From an uncultured Bifidobacteriaceae bacterium (GTDB lineage Bacteria > Acidobacteriota > Vicinamibacteria > Vicinamibacterales > JAENWD01), in assembly GCA_964446605.1 (NCBI GenBank), contig CAYUPN010000001.1:71692-135691 (forward strand): 64,000 bases of DNA, written 5' to 3'. A program made the translations under genes and the position numbers. The notes below the pieces were generated by a model. The model saw nothing but the letters and a program-made list of their open reading frames with translations, made no database searches and was not told the DNA's origin. Positions 26,883-37,475 of this stretch are shown here, in pieces (positions within the stretch are counted from its first letter, which is position 1; every line of letters starts with the position of its first letter).

Positions 26883-28252
26883 GACGGAGAGTCCTCGCAG
26901 TCCTGCTCCTGGTCCTGGCCGCCGGCTGTGCCCGGCGGACACCTCCTCCGGTGATGCCGGCCTCGCCGGCGTTTCCCGACTTCGTACAGCCGGTTCCGTC
27001 CACCTCGCTGCCGCCCGGCCTCGGCGCGGATCTGCAGACGGCCTGGGCGTACCTCCAGTCGGGCGATCCCGGCGCCGCGGACCGTGTGTACGCCCGCGTG
27101 CTGCGCGCGGCCCCTGGCGCGGCCGCCGCGCTGGCGGGCCAGGGCTACGCCGCGCTCGCCCGCGACGACGAGCAGCGCGCGCTGGCGCAGTTCGACGCGG
27201 CGCTGGCGAGCGAGCCGGGGCTCGCCTCCGCGTACGTCGGCCGGGGCCAGGCGCTGCTGCGGCTGGGACAGGCCGCCGACGCGCTCGAGAGCTTCGAACG
27301 CGCCCAGGCTGCCGATCCACGCCTCGACCTGGCACCGCGCATCGAGACGTTGCGCTTCCGCGTGCTCGACGACCTGATCGGGCAGGCGCGCGGACTGGCG
27401 GACAGGGGGGACGTCGACGGCGCGCGCGCCGCGTACGAACGCGCGCTGAAGGCGTCGCCCCAGAGCGCGGTGCTGTACCGGGAGCTCGCGGCCGTCGAAC
27501 GCCGGGCCGGGCGTCACGACGAGGCGCGGGCACACCTCGAGGCGGCGCTGAACCTGGACCCGGCGGACCGCCAGGCGCATGTGATGCTGGGCGAGATCCA
27601 GGAAGCCAGCGGCGCCGTCGAGGAGGCGCTGGCCAGCTACGTGGCGGCGCAGCGGATCGAGTCGACGCCGGAGCTCGAATCGCGGATCGCCGCGCTGCGC
27701 GAGCGCGCCGATCTCGCGCGCCTGCCGGAAGCGTTTCGCACGCTGGCCTCGCGTCCGGCGGCGTCGCGCGCGGATCTCGCGGCCGCACTGGGGCTCCGCC
27801 TGCCCGGCGTCCTCGCTCGCGCACCGGAGCGGCCGACACCCGTGCTGACGGACCTGCGCGATCACTGGGCGCAGACCTGGGCGCTGGGCGCCGTCCGCGC
27901 CGGCGTGATGGACGCGTTCCCGAACCACACCTTCCAGCCCGAGGCCGTCGTCCGCCGGGCGGATCTCGCAGCGGCCGCCGCCCGCGTCATCGACCTGCTC
28001 GCGTCGCTCGGGGATCGGCGCGCCGGCGAGTGGCGGCAGGCCACCGTCTCGTTCCCCGACGTGCCGCCCGAGCACCCGTCCCATGCCGACGCCGCCGCCG
28101 CAGTGGCCGCCGGCGTGATGGAGCGTGGACCGGGCGGAGCCTTCGAGCCGACCCGCGCCGTCACCGGCGCGGAGCTGCTCGAGACGGTGGCCCGCCTGCA
28201 GCGCCTCGCGGGTCCGCTGGCCGCCCGCGATCGACTCGGCGCAGGAGGGTAG
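26879..28252 (+). CDS. TPR-repeat lipoprotein with C-terminal SLH-like domains
   Basis: 457 aa. The lipobox is MRRRVLAVLLLVLAAGC. It has multiple TPR-like helices (A..Y...L...P....A....G.A). The C-terminus carries two SLH-like segments (FPNHTFQPEAVVRRADLA and FPDVPPEHPSHADAAAAVAAGVM). The start overlaps the hflX stop (ATGA). Confidence 0.7.
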   Translation: MRRRVLAVLLLVLAAGCARRTPPPVMPASPAFPDFVQPVPSTSLPPGLGADLQTAWAYLQSGDPGAADRVYARVLRAAPGAAAALAGQGYAALARDDEQRALAQFDAALASEPGLASAYVGRGQALLRLGQAADALESFERAQAADPRLDLAPRIETLRFRVLDDLIGQARGLADRGDVDGARAAYERALKASPQSAVLYRELAAVERRAGRHDEARAHLEAALNLDPADRQAHVMLGEIQEASGAVEEALASYVAAQRIESTPELESRIAALRERADLARLPEAFRTLASRPAASRADLAAALGLRLPGVLARAPERPTPVLTDLRDHWAQTWALGAVRAGVMDAFPNHTFQPEAVVRRADLAAAAARVIDLLASLGDRRAGEWRQATVSFPDVPPEHPSHADAAAAVAAGVMERGPGGAFEPTRAVTGAELLETVARLQRLAGPLAARDRLGAGG

Positions 28253-28258
28253 CCGGGC

Positions 28259-28816
28259 ATGGCGGGCGCGCAGTTGACGCTGGCCAACCAGTTGACCCTG
28301 CTCCGGATCGTCATGATCCCGGCCTTCGTGCTGTTCGTGCTGTACGGCCGCATCGGGTATGCGCTGACGGTTTTCCTCGCGGCCGGCCTGACGGACGCGC
28401 TCGACGGGCTCATCGCGCGGCGCACCGGCAAGAAGACGACGCTCGGGGCCTGGCTCGACCCGCTGGCGGACAAGCTGCTCCTCGTCACCGCCTTCGTGGT
28501 CCTGACGGTCCCCAACGCGGAACTGCAGTACCGCATCCCGCTGTGGCTCACCATCCTGGTGATCAGCCGGGACAGCGCCATCGTCCTGACCGTCGCGGTG
28601 GTGAACCTCGCAATCGGCCGCCGCACGTTTGCGCCGTCGGTGCTCGGCAAGCTCGCCACGGCCATCTACATCGTCACGTGCCTCGCCGTGCTCGCCGGCA
28701 ACCTTGTTGGCGGGTGGGAGCCGTTCATCCGGGTGGCGGTGATCAGCTCCGGCGCCATCACGATCCTCTCCGCCGTGCACTACGCCACACAGGTCGCAAA
28801 GATTCTCAACAGCTGA
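28259..28816 (+). CDS. pgsA: CDP-diacylglycerol--glycerol-3-phosphate 3-phosphatidyltransferase
   Basis: 185 aa. CDP-alcohol phosphatidyltransferase motif DALDGLIARRTGKKTTLGAWLDPLADK. Confidence 0.85.
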   Translation: MAGAQLTLANQLTLLRIVMIPAFVLFVLYGRIGYALTVFLAAGLTDALDGLIARRTGKKTTLGAWLDPLADKLLLVTAFVVLTVPNAELQYRIPLWLTILVISRDSAIVLTVAVVNLAIGRRTFAPSVLGKLATAIYIVTCLAVLAGNLVGGWEPFIRVAVISSGAITILSAVHYATQVAKILNS

Positions 28817-28938
28817 ACGGCCGAACGCGGGGCAGGGCGGCAGCCTGCGCCGGCGGTCTGCCGCCGATTCAAGAGGAGCGCGGAGGCGCCGATTTGTGCG
28901 GTGGAGACAAGGGCGGGATCGGCCCGCCCCCCGCATTC

Positions 28939-29616
28939 ATGGCTTCTGTGACCTCAGACTTCGTGTTCCCCGAGGCGCTGCCGGCGCCGCCCGCGTTCCG
29001 GATTCAGCGCGACCCGCTCCCGACAGGGGAGCCCAGGCTCGGCGACGTCATCGCCGCAGGCGTGCTGCTCGAGATTTCGCGAATCGTCACCCGCATCCTG
29101 ACCGTCGCGCGTCCCGAAATCGGGGAGCGCACCGAGCGCATCGTCGGCGTCGCGCAGGAACTGGCGCGCACGCTCGATCTGGACCAGGCCTGGGAGTTCG
29201 AGGTCGCCGCCAGGCTGTCGCAGGTTGGCTGGCTGACGCTGCCGGCGGCGACCCGCGAGGCGGCGCTGCGCGGCGATCCGGTGAGCGAGGAGGAATGGCG
29301 GCTGATCGCCTCCCATCCGCTGCTCGCGCGGGATCTCATCGGGGAGGGAGGACGGCTGACCGGGGTCGTCCAGATGATCGAGCGTCAGCGGGAGCCGCGC
29401 AGCCTGCCCGGAGAGCCCGTCGTCGAGCTGCAGGGTGACCGCATCGCGCTCGGCGCACAGATTCTGCGGGTGGCGAGCGATCTCGAGGCGCTCGTGCGAT
29501 CCGGCCTGTCGCGTCAGGAGGCGCTCGCGCGCCTGGCGGCCGAGCCGTGCGAGTACGACGCGACGCTCGTGGCCGCCCTCGCCGGCGTCTCGCCGGACCG
29601 CCGTCAGACGGCCTGA
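28939..29616 (+). CDS. Degenerate HD-GYP-like domain protein; the metal and catalytic residues are replaced
   Basis: Terminal 225 codons of the composite ORF 26488..29616, from the ATG at 28939. It is colinear with the HD-GYP pattern, but HS becomes RT, LHDxGK becomes LSQVGW, and HHERWDGSGYP becomes [12 protein letters not shown]. The flanking helices are kept ([25 protein letters not shown]). Confidence 0.55.
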   Translation: MASVTSDFVFPEALPAPPAFRIQRDPLPTGEPRLGDVIAAGVLLEISRIVTRILTVARPEIGERTERIVGVAQELARTLDLDQAWEFEVAARLSQVGWLTLPAATREAALRGDPVSEEEWRLIASHPLLARDLIGEGGRLTGVVQMIERQREPRSLPGEPVVELQGDRIALGAQILRVASDLEALVRSGLSRQEALARLAAEPCEYDATLVAALAGVSPDRRQTA

Positions 29617-30548
29617 ACCTTCTCCCGGAAGTACGCGATCGTCGTCTGCAGCCCTTCTTCGAGGCTGACCTTCGGTTCCCAGCCGAGGAGCGTGCGGGCC
29701 TTCGTGATGTCCGGCTGGCGGACCTTCGGGTCGTCTTCGGGCAGCGGCCGGTGGACGATCCGGCTCCGGGACCCGGTCATCTCGATGATGGTCCGGGCGA
29801 TCTCGGCGATCGTCATCTCGCGCGGGTTTCCGATGTTCACCGGCTCGTTGACGCCGGAGTGCATCAACCGGAGCACCCCGTCCACGAGGTCCGAGATGTA
29901 CGTGAAGCTGCGGGTCTGCGAGCCGTCGCCGAACACCGTCACGTCCTCGCCCCGCAGCGCCTGCGAGATGAACGCCGGGACGGCGCGGCCGTCGCGCACG
30001 CGCATCCGCGGCCCGTACGTGTTGAAGATCCGGACGATCTTCGTGTCCAGCCCGTGATAGCGGTGGTAGGCGACCGTCATCGCCTCGGCGAAGCGCTTGG
30101 CTTCGTCGTACACGCCCCGCGGCCCGATCGGGTTGACGTTGCCCCAGTAGGACTCCGTCTGCGGGTGCACGAGCGGGTCCCCGTACACCTCCGACGTCGA
30201 GGCGAGCACGAACTTCGCCCCCTTGGCCTTCGCCAGGCCGAGCGCCCGGTGCGTGCCGAGCGCGCCGACCTTCAGTGTCGGAATCGGCAGTTCCAGGTAG
30301 TCGATCGGACTGGCCGGACTGGCCCAGTGCAGCACGAAGTCGACCGGCCCGTCGATGTAGATGTAGGTCGTGACGTCGTGCTTGATGAAATGGAAATCGT
30401 CCCGCCCGGCCAGGTGCGCGATGTTCGCGGTGTCACCCGTCAGCAGGTTGTCGATGCCGACGACGGCATACCCGCGATGGAGCAGGGCGTCGGCGAGGTG
30501 CGATCCGATGAATCCGGCGACGCCGGTGATGACGACTCGTGGCTGCAT
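29604..30548 (-). CDS. UDP-glucuronate decarboxylase (UDP-xylose synthase), SDR family
   Basis: 314 aa. Motifs: [28 protein letters not shown] (YxxxK), and overall UXS-like colinearity. Confidence 0.82.
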   Translation of the reverse strand: MQPRVVITGVAGFIGSHLADALLHRGYAVVGIDNLLTGDTANIAHLAGRDDFHFIKHDVTTYIYIDGPVDFVLHWASPASPIDYLELPIPTLKVGALGTHRALGLAKAKGAKFVLASTSEVYGDPLVHPQTESYWGNVNPIGPRGVYDEAKRFAEAMTVAYHRYHGLDTKIVRIFNTYGPRMRVRDGRAVPAFISQALRGEDVTVFGDGSQTRSFTYISDLVDGVLRLMHSGVNEPVNIGNPREMTIAEIARTIIEMTGSRSRIVHRPLPEDDPKVRQPDITKARTLLGWEPKVSLEEGLQTTIAYFREKVQAV

Positions 30549-30587
30549 GGCGTCGTGATGGGGTGACAGGCGCCCGGAGCGCGGGCG

Positions 30588-32027
30588 TCAGTATGCGTGC
30601 TTGTGGAAGAAGCCCTTCACGAGGGTCAGCCACATGATCTTGAGATCGAGAGCCACGGACCAGTTCTCGATGTAGTAGAGGTCGTACTCGATTCGCTTCT
30701 CGATCGACGTGTTGCCCCGCCAGCCGTTCACCTGCGCCCACCCCGTCAGGCCGGCGCGCACTTTGTGGCGAAGCATGTACTGCGGGATTCGCTGCTTGAA
30801 CTGGTGGACGAAGTACGGCCGCTCCGGCCGCGGCCCGACGAGCGACATGTCCCCCCGCAGCACGTTCCAGAGCTGGGGGAGCTCGTCCAGGTTCGTCCGG
30901 CGCAGCAGGCGGCCCACCGGCGTGCAGCGGGGGTCGTTGTCGCGTGCCCAGATCGGGCCGGTGTCGCGCTCGGCGTCCTGGTACATCGAGCGGAACTTGT
31001 AGATGATGAACGGTTTGCCGTCGAGCCCCATCCGCTCCTGCCGGTAGAACACCGGGCCGTTGGAGGTGCGCCGGATCACCAGGGCGATGATCGCGAACGG
31101 GAGGGCCAGGGCGAGCAGCGCCGCCGCGGACAGCACGACGTCCAGCGCGCGCTTGACGAAGCTGTTGATCCCCTGCAGCGGGACGTCGTTGATGTTGACG
31201 ATCGGAATCCCGTCGAGGTCCTCGAGGCGGGCGCGCAGCGCGATGACCTGCAGCAGATCGGGCACGACCTTCACGTCCACCATCTCGCGCCCGACGATGT
31301 CGAGCAGGTGCAGCATGCGGAGATGGTCCTCGGCGGGCAGCGCGACGTAGAGGTGGTCGATGTGCTCGCGCACCGCGATCTCGCCGGCCTCGTCGAGGGT
31401 CCCGAGAATCGGCAGGCCCCGGTGCCCGAGGAAGTCTCCGCCGGCGCGATCGTCGACGAACCCGACCACCTGGTAGCCGAGCTCCCGGTGCTCGAGGATC
31501 TTGTCCGCGACCAGCCGGCCGAGCTCGCCGGCGCCGGCGATGAGAATCCGCTTCAGCCCGATTCCGGCGCGCCAGCGCCGCTCGAGGGCCTCGCGGACCA
31601 GCTCCCGCGAGGCGAACGTCAACATGACGTTCAGGAGCAGGAACAGCGCCCAGACGATCTGCGAGACCTCGTACGCCCCCCGATCCTTCAGCTCGTCAGG
31701 CACGTAGTAGGCCTGGAAGTACAGGGTCGCGACGATGCCGAAGACGACGGCGAGGATGCTGCCGACGAAGACGGCGAAGAAGTCGTCGACGCGCGACCGG
31801 CCGCGCCGCAGCCGGTACAGACCCTGGATGTGGAAGGCGAAGGGCACCAGCACGCCGATGAACGGCAGCACGTTGACGTACTGGCTGAACGGCGGATAGC
31901 CCTTCGTCACCGGGATCAGCCCGGTCTCGAACCGCAGGACGTACGCCAGGACGAAGGCCGCGATGCCCAGCGCCGCGTCCGACACCACGTAGAACGCGAC
32001 GAGCAGGCGGTTGTGGCGCCTCACCAT
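30588..32027 (-). CDS. Polyprenyl-phosphate sugar phosphotransferase (WbaP/exopolysaccharide priming enzyme family)
   Basis: Within ORF 30588..32273; ATG at 32027 (MVRRHNRLLVAFYVVSD). It has N-terminal TM helices, a Rossmann-like middle (ILIAGAGELG) and a C-terminal sugar-transferase domain (KRALDVVLS...PVFYRQERMG...YKFRSM...DELPQLWNVLRGDMSLVGPRP). Confidence 0.85.
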   Translation of the reverse strand: MVRRHNRLLVAFYVVSDAALGIAAFVLAYVLRFETGLIPVTKGYPPFSQYVNVLPFIGVLVPFAFHIQGLYRLRRGRSRVDDFFAVFVGSILAVVFGIVATLYFQAYYVPDELKDRGAYEVSQIVWALFLLLNVMLTFASRELVREALERRWRAGIGLKRILIAGAGELGRLVADKILEHRELGYQVVGFVDDRAGGDFLGHRGLPILGTLDEAGEIAVREHIDHLYVALPAEDHLRMLHLLDIVGREMVDVKVVPDLLQVIALRARLEDLDGIPIVNINDVPLQGINSFVKRALDVVLSAAALLALALPFAIIALVIRRTSNGPVFYRQERMGLDGKPFIIYKFRSMYQDAERDTGPIWARDNDPRCTPVGRLLRRTNLDELPQLWNVLRGDMSLVGPRPERPYFVHQFKQRIPQYMLRHKVRAGLTGWAQVNGWRGNTSIEKRIEYDLYYIENWSVALDLKIMWLTLVKGFFHKHAY

Positions 32028-33133
32028 CGCGTGCCCTCGGGCGCGGCGAGCGTCTCGTCGAGTACGTCCCGCATGCGGGCGAGGAACCTGTCCCGGCTGA
32101 ACGTCTCGGCGTGAGCCCGGATCACGACGGGGTCGAACGGGCGGTCGGCGACGGCACGGTACGCGGCTGCAAACGCGGTGGCCGAGGCGTCCGGCACCAG
32201 CAGGCCCGTCACGCCGTCGCGCACCGTCTCGCGGGCCCCGCCGCGGCCGAGGGCGACCACGGGCCGGCCGCACGCCTGGGCCTCGACGGGCACGATGCCG
32301 AAGTCCTCCTCGCCCGGCAGCACCACGGCGCGCGCGCCCCGGTACAGATCGCGAATCTCCTCGTCGCTCCGGAACCCCAGGAACTCCACGGGCGCGCCCG
32401 CGGCATGCGCCTGCAGGCGCGTCATCTCGGGGCCCTGGCCCGCAATCCGGAGCGGGATGCCCGAGAGGCGCGCGGCGTCGATGGCGACCTCGAGTCGCTT
32501 GTAAGGAACGAGGGCAGACACGGCGAGGACGTAATCCTCAGGGATCCGCCCGTCGGGGTGAAAGAAGGCGGTGTCCACTGGAGGGTACACAACGGTTGCC
32601 GGACGATTATAGTATCGGCGGATCCGGTCCGCAACATAATGTGAGATAGCGACATAGCGGTGCACACGCCCGGAGGTCCGGCGGTCCCACCGCGCCATCG
32701 CCGCCAGCACCGGCCGGGCCAGCCGCGACTTCAGCGGCCCGATCCGGTCGGGGCCGAAGTAGTGCGGGTACTGGTCCCAGGCATACCGCATCGGCGTGAA
32801 GCAGTAGCAGAGATGCCGTGCGCCCGGCGGCGGCACGACCGACTTGGCCGCGCAGTGGCTGGCGCTGACGATGAGGTCGACCCCGTCGAGGTCGAACCCC
32901 TCGATGGCCAGCGGGAAGAGCGGCAGATAGTGCCGGTACCAGCGCCCTGCTCCGGGCAGGTGCTGGACGAACGAGGTCCGGATGCGGTGCCGGGCGATCG
33001 CCGGGGAGACCGTCCCCGGCACGTGCACCAGGGTGAGGATGTCGGCCCCGTCCAGGATCTCGCCCAGCGCCTCGAGCGCCTTCTCGCCCCCACGCATGCC
33101 GGTCAGCCAGTCGTGGACCAGGACGGCAGTCAC
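32021..33133 (-). CDS. Glycosyltransferase family 4
   Basis: Within ORF 32021..33187. GTG at 33133 overlaps the upstream stop (GTGA). Motifs: VLVHDWLTGMRGGEKALE and GEEDFGIVPVEAQACGRPVVAL. Confidence 0.8.
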   Translation of the reverse strand: MTAVLVHDWLTGMRGGEKALEALGEILDGADILTLVHVPGTVSPAIARHRIRTSFVQHLPGAGRWYRHYLPLFPLAIEGFDLDGVDLIVSASHCAAKSVVPPPGARHLCYCFTPMRYAWDQYPHYFGPDRIGPLKSRLARPVLAAMARWDRRTSGRVHRYVAISHYVADRIRRYYNRPATVVYPPVDTAFFHPDGRIPEDYVLAVSALVPYKRLEVAIDAARLSGIPLRIAGQGPEMTRLQAHAAGAPVEFLGFRSDEEIRDLYRGARAVVLPGEEDFGIVPVEAQACGRPVVALGRGGARETVRDGVTGLLVPDASATAFAAAYRAVADRPFDPVVIRAHAETFSRDRFLARMRDVLDETLAAPEGTRW

Positions 33134-34251
33134 CGCGCGCTCACGTCGGCGTAGATGCGGCGAACCTCCCGCGCGACGCGCTCCCACGAGAACTCGCGGG
33201 CCCGCGTGAGCCCGCGCGATCGCAGGTCGTCGGCCAGCTCCCGGTCGGTGAGCACCCGGCGAATGCCGTCGGCAATGGCCTCCGCCTCGAGCGGATCGAC
33301 GAGGACCGCCGCGTCGCCGGTCACCTCCGGCAGCGACGAGACGTTCGAGGTGACAACCGGGGTGCCGCTGGCCATGGCTTCGAGCGGCGGCAGCCCGAAC
33401 CCCTCGTAGAGCGAGGGGAACACGAACACCGACGCCAGCCGGTACGCGATCGGCAGCATGTGATCCGGCAGGAACCCGAGGAACCGCACGTACTTGTGCA
33501 GCTTGTTGCGGTGGATGGCCCGCCGCAGGGCGGAGTAGCGGGAGATCTCGTCTCCGATCATGACCAGCCGGACGTCTTCCAGGCCGGGCGTCTCGCGAAC
33601 GAGATGGAACGCTTCGAGCAGCCGCTCGAGGTTCTTGTGGGGCTTGACGTTGCCGACGTACAGCAGGAACCGGCCCTCGAGCTGGTAGCGCGCCGCGACG
33701 CGCTCGATTTCCTCGGGCGGCGGCGGCACCGCGAAGCGGTCGTCGATCCCGTTGTAGATCACGGTGATCTTCCCGGGCGGCACCGTCGGGAAGAAGTGGA
33801 GGATGTCCCGCTTCGAGGCCTCCGAGACGGTGATGATGTGATCGGCCCGGCGCGCCGCGGATCCCATCTGCGTCCGCGCGTACGTCAGCGCGGCGCGGTT
33901 GGGGAGGTACTGCGGGAAGCGCAGGTGGATGCAGTCGTGAATCGTGACCACCGAGCGCGTGCGGGCGACGAGCGGCGGCAGCACGTAATGCGGCTCATGG
34001 AGGAGTGTGGCGCGGCTGCGCAGGACCGCCCACGGAATCGAGATCTGCTCGCGCACCGAATAGGGCTTCGAGCGATCGATCGCGGCCACGAAGTTCTCGC
34101 CGAGCGTGGCCGGGAGATCGCGGTCGCGCGGCTGGCAGATCAGGACATACTCGCTCTCCCGGTCCAGGCGGGCCAGTTGGCGCAGGAGATTCCGGATGTA
34201 GGTGCCGATGCCGAAGTCGTGGATTTTCCGCGCATCGAAGGCCACACGCAC
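33130..34251 (-). CDS. Glycosyltransferase family 4
   Basis: Within ORF 33130..34389; GTG at 34251 ([21 protein letters not shown]). Motif: [22 protein letters not shown]. Confidence 0.8.
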   Translation of the reverse strand: MRVAFDARKIHDFGIGTYIRNLLRQLARLDRESEYVLICQPRDRDLPATLGENFVAAIDRSKPYSVREQISIPWAVLRSRATLLHEPHYVLPPLVARTRSVVTIHDCIHLRFPQYLPNRAALTYARTQMGSAARRADHIITVSEASKRDILHFFPTVPPGKITVIYNGIDDRFAVPPPPEEIERVAARYQLEGRFLLYVGNVKPHKNLERLLEAFHLVRETPGLEDVRLVMIGDEISRYSALRRAIHRNKLHKYVRFLGFLPDHMLPIAYRLASVFVFPSLYEGFGLPPLEAMASGTPVVTSNVSSLPEVTGDAAVLVDPLEAEAIADGIRRVLTDRELADDLRSRGLTRAREFSWERVAREVRRIYADVSAR

Positions 34252-34286
34252 GCGAGAAATTCTAGCTGAACCACCCGCGCGCCGCC

Positions 34287-35105
34287 TCAGGAGGAGGGGC
34301 GGTAGCCCCGCCAGCGGAGATACCGCTCGAGCCAGGGCGCCCACCGCGGCCGGTGTTTGCGGTAGAACGCGAGGTGACTGGCCTGCCACGCCTCACGCGT
34401 CGCCCCGGGCCGCGTGGCCCCCGACCGCCCGCGGTGGTGCACGACCTGCACGTCCGGGGTGAATCGCACGCGCCAGCCGGCGGCGCGCAGCGCCGCGCAG
34501 AAGTCGACGTCCTCCGCGTACATGAAGTAGCGCTCGTCGAACCAGCCGACGGCATCGCCGGCCGACCTCCGCACCAGCAGGCAGGCGCCGCTCACCCAGT
34601 CCGCGTCCCGCTCGCGCGACGTCGCGCGCTCGGTCGCAGCCTGCACGAACGGCACCCCGCGCGCCTGCATCGCGAGCCACGCCTTGCGCCGCAGCTCGGA
34701 GAGAGGCGAGTACATGCGGCCGAACGACAGCTCCGCGCGCCCGGGCCCGTCCACGAGCCGCGGTCCGATCGCGCCGACCTCGGGGGCCCGCCGCAGCGAC
34801 GCGACCAGGCGATCGATGGCGCCCGGCGGCACGGTCGTATCCGGGTTGAGGAGGAGCACGTACTCGCTGGTGCTGTTCCGGATGCCGAGGTTCACCCCGC
34901 GCGCGAACCCGAGGTTCGCGCCCGCCTCGATCAGCCGGACCCCGGGGAACCGCGCCCGGACGAGCCCGGTCACGTCCTCGGTGGACGCGTTGTCGACGAC
35001 GACGATGCCGGTGGGGGTCAACGGAGGCGCGGCGGAGAGGCTCTCGAGCGACGCGGCCAGGTCCCGGACCGCGTTGTACGCCACGATCACGATCGCCAGG
35101 CTCAC
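34287..35105 (-). CDS. Glycosyltransferase family 2
   Basis: Terminal 272 codons of the composite ORF 34287..36092. GTG at 35105 overlaps the upstream stop (GTGA). Motifs: LAIVIVAYNAVRDL, VVVDNASTED, LLLNPDT. Confidence 0.8.
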   Translation of the reverse strand: MSLAIVIVAYNAVRDLAASLESLSAAPPLTPTGIVVVDNASTEDVTGLVRARFPGVRLIEAGANLGFARGVNLGIRNSTSEYVLLLNPDTTVPPGAIDRLVASLRRAPEVGAIGPRLVDGPGRAELSFGRMYSPLSELRRKAWLAMQARGVPFVQAATERATSRERDADWVSGACLLVRRSAGDAVGWFDERYFMYAEDVDFCAALRAAGWRVRFTPDVQVVHHRGRSGATRPGATREAWQASHLAFYRKHRPRWAPWLERYLRWRGYRPSS

Positions 35106-36172
35106 GATGCCGCCTCGCCGATCGCCGTGAGCGTGGCCGCGGCGGCGTCCTCCCAGCGATAGCGCGCGAGGACCTGGGGAGCGGCGGCAAGCACCCGGTC
35201 GCGCGCCGGTCCCGGGCCGAGCGCCTCGTTGAGCGCGTGCGCGATCGCGCCGGGCTCGGGACGGGGCACGTAGAACGCCGCGGGTCCGTACACCTCGCGC
35301 GCCACCGGTGTGTCGAGCACGACGGGCGGAATGCCGGCGGCGAGCGCCTCGAGCGGCGTGAGGCCGAAGCCCTCGTAATCCGAGAGGAACACGAACGCCG
35401 AGGCACGGGCGTACAGATCGGCCAGCGTGTCGTCCGGGACCCAGTCGCGGAGTCCGATACGCGCCGCCGCGCCGCTGTCGGCCGCCGCCTGCCGCAGATC
35501 CTGCGGCGGCCACGTCCGGTTCTCGCCCACGATTTCCAGCCGCAGATCGGGACGCTCCGCTGCCAGGCGACCGAACGCCGCGATCAGGGTCGGGACATGG
35601 CGCCGGTTGAACACCGACCCGACGAACAGCACCAGCGGATCGCGGCGGCCGCTTCCCGCCGAGGGGCCGAGGCCGACCCCGTGCGGGATGACCCGGATGC
35701 GATCGGCCGGCACGTGCAGGTGCGTCTCGATTTCGCGCTTCGAGAACCCGGAGACGGTCACGACCACCCGTGCGCGGCGCGCGGACAGGCGGCCGAGCAT
35801 CCGGCGACGGAACCCTTCGCGCGGGCGGAACCACTCCGGATGGGCGGCGAACGAGACGTCGTGCACCACGAGGGCGACGGGGCAGCGGACCAGCAACGGC
35901 GCCGTGTACCCCGGCGCGAACAGCACATCGGGTCTCGCGCGCCGCACGGCGCGCGCCAGCGCGCCCTGCTCCCACCCGGTGCCGCCGGCGCCGGGCACGA
36001 CCGCGATCTCGCCGGTCAGGCCCGCGGGCAGTTGGAGCGTCGGATCGGGTGTGAAGAGCGTGAACGAATGCCCGGAAGGCGTGCGGGCCCATTCGCGCAG
36101 CAACTGCTGCAGGTAGCGTCCGACGCCCGTGGGGCGGCCGCTCAGCTCGCGGGCGTCAACGGCGATCCGCAT
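35102..36172 (-). CDS. Glycosyltransferase family 4
   Basis: Within ORF 35102..36262; ATG at 36172 (MRIAVDARELSGRPTGVGRY). Motif: DYEGFGLTPLEALAAGIPPVV. It overlaps the upstream gene by 17 nt. Confidence 0.8.
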   Translation of the reverse strand: MRIAVDARELSGRPTGVGRYLQQLLREWARTPSGHSFTLFTPDPTLQLPAGLTGEIAVVPGAGGTGWEQGALARAVRRARPDVLFAPGYTAPLLVRCPVALVVHDVSFAAHPEWFRPREGFRRRMLGRLSARRARVVVTVSGFSKREIETHLHVPADRIRVIPHGVGLGPSAGSGRRDPLVLFVGSVFNRRHVPTLIAAFGRLAAERPDLRLEIVGENRTWPPQDLRQAAADSGAAARIGLRDWVPDDTLADLYARASAFVFLSDYEGFGLTPLEALAAGIPPVVLDTPVAREVYGPAAFYVPRPEPGAIAHALNEALGPGPARDRVLAAAPQVLARYRWEDAAAATLTAIGEAAS

Positions 36173-37286
36173 GGGCCGGGACGGCCGCAATCCGCTCGAA
36201 GGCGTCGCGGAGATCGCGGGCCGCACGATCCCACGTGAAGAGGGCCGCCCGCTCGAGACCACGTGCGCTCATCGCCGCGGCCCGCTCCGGATCCGTGAGC
36301 ACCGCCCGGACGGCCGCGGCGAGCCCGCGCACATCGTCCGGGGGAACGAGCTGGCCGGCGTCGCCGACCACTTCCGGCAGCGCGCCGGCGGTGGACGCCA
36401 CGACCGGCACGCCGAGTGCCATCGCCTCGAGCGCCGGCAGGCCGAACCCTTCGTGGAAGGAGGGCAGGACGAGCAGCCGGGCGCCGGCATAGATCGACCG
36501 GCGCTGTGCGTCCGGCACGTAGCCGACGTACTCGACCCGTCCGAGCAGCGGCGGGACCTGCAGGCGCGAGAGCCACGTGCCCGCCTCGGGCCGCCAGCCG
36601 CCGACCAGCCGCAGCTTCGGCACGTCCGGCATCGTCTTGAGCAGCAGCGTCCAGGCGTCCAGCAGCGCGCCGACGTTCTTGCGGCGCTCGAGCGTGCCCA
36701 CGAAGAGCACGTAGCCGCGCTCGGGCTCGGGCCGCGCCGACGGTGTCCCGATCCAGCCGGGCAGGCCGGGCCGGCACTCGACGATGCGCTCCGGCGGCAC
36801 GCCGAGCTGGGCCTGCACCGCCCGCGAGGTGTCCGACGAGTTCACGACGACCAGCGCCGCGCGCGCCGCATGCGACCGCGCGAGCGCCGGGTAGTCGCGG
36901 TGCACCTCGCCGCTCGTCCGTTCCGGATGCAGCAGGAAATCGAGGTCGTGGATCGTCACGACCTGGCGGGCGCGTCGCGCGGGAATGAGCATCGGCGTCA
37001 GCGACTGCGCGATGTCGACGGGACCGGCGATCCACTCGACGGGCGGGAAGCCGCGGCGGTGCCACGCCCAGTTCAGCACGCGGACGGGAATGCGCCGATC
37101 GACGACCCGCGCGCCGAGCGTGGCGGCGAGCGTCGGATCGGGGCGGTCGGCCCACGAGCTCGTGAACAGGTGCAGGCGATCGCCCGGCCGCGCGTTGCGT
37201 CCCAGCGCGGCGGCCAGCTCGTGCGCGTACTCACCGACGCCGGAGCGCTGGCGCAGCGCCGGCCGGTAGTCGAGCAGGATATCCAC
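36156..37286 (-). CDS. Glycosyltransferase family 4 (first gene of the minus-strand glycan operon)
   Basis: 376 aa. Motifs: MDILLDYRPALRQRSGVGEY and FHEGFGLPALEAMALGVPVVAS. Confidence 0.8.
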   Translation of the reverse strand: MDILLDYRPALRQRSGVGEYAHELAAALGRNARPGDRLHLFTSSWADRPDPTLAATLGARVVDRRIPVRVLNWAWHRRGFPPVEWIAGPVDIAQSLTPMLIPARRARQVVTIHDLDFLLHPERTSGEVHRDYPALARSHAARAALVVVNSSDTSRAVQAQLGVPPERIVECRPGLPGWIGTPSARPEPERGYVLFVGTLERRKNVGALLDAWTLLLKTMPDVPKLRLVGGWRPEAGTWLSRLQVPPLLGRVEYVGYVPDAQRRSIYAGARLLVLPSFHEGFGLPALEAMALGVPVVASTAGALPEVVGDAGQLVPPDDVRGLAAAVRAVLTDPERAAAMSARGLERAALFTWDRAARDLRDAFERIAAVPAHADRR

Positions 37287-37475
37287 GTCAGCAGAAGGCT
37301 AGCACGGCCGGATGGGCTCCGCGAAGGGACCAGCATACCCGTAACTGCTTGTGAGTCAGTATGTAGACACCCGCCTCAGCCTGTGGTACCTTCGAGCGTT
37401 TCCACGTCCCTCCCCGAGCCGCGCCCGCCGGCGCGCGTGCCGTCGGCGCAGGGGGTTCCGGGAGCGCTAGAGCGA

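Noticed and set aside
25023-29616. Very long ORFs: 25023..27839 (-, 938 aa), 26486..28936 (-, 816 aa) and 26488..29616 (+, 1042 aa). At face value they would be giant overlapping proteins.
   Set aside because: Their translations are Arg/Ala/Pro/Gly-rich low-complexity strings, typical of off-frame or antisense reading of high-GC DNA. The same DNA is fully explained by recognisable genes (hflX, TPR/SLH lipoprotein, pgsA, HD-GYP-like). Only the last 225 codons of the 1042-aa ORF are real.
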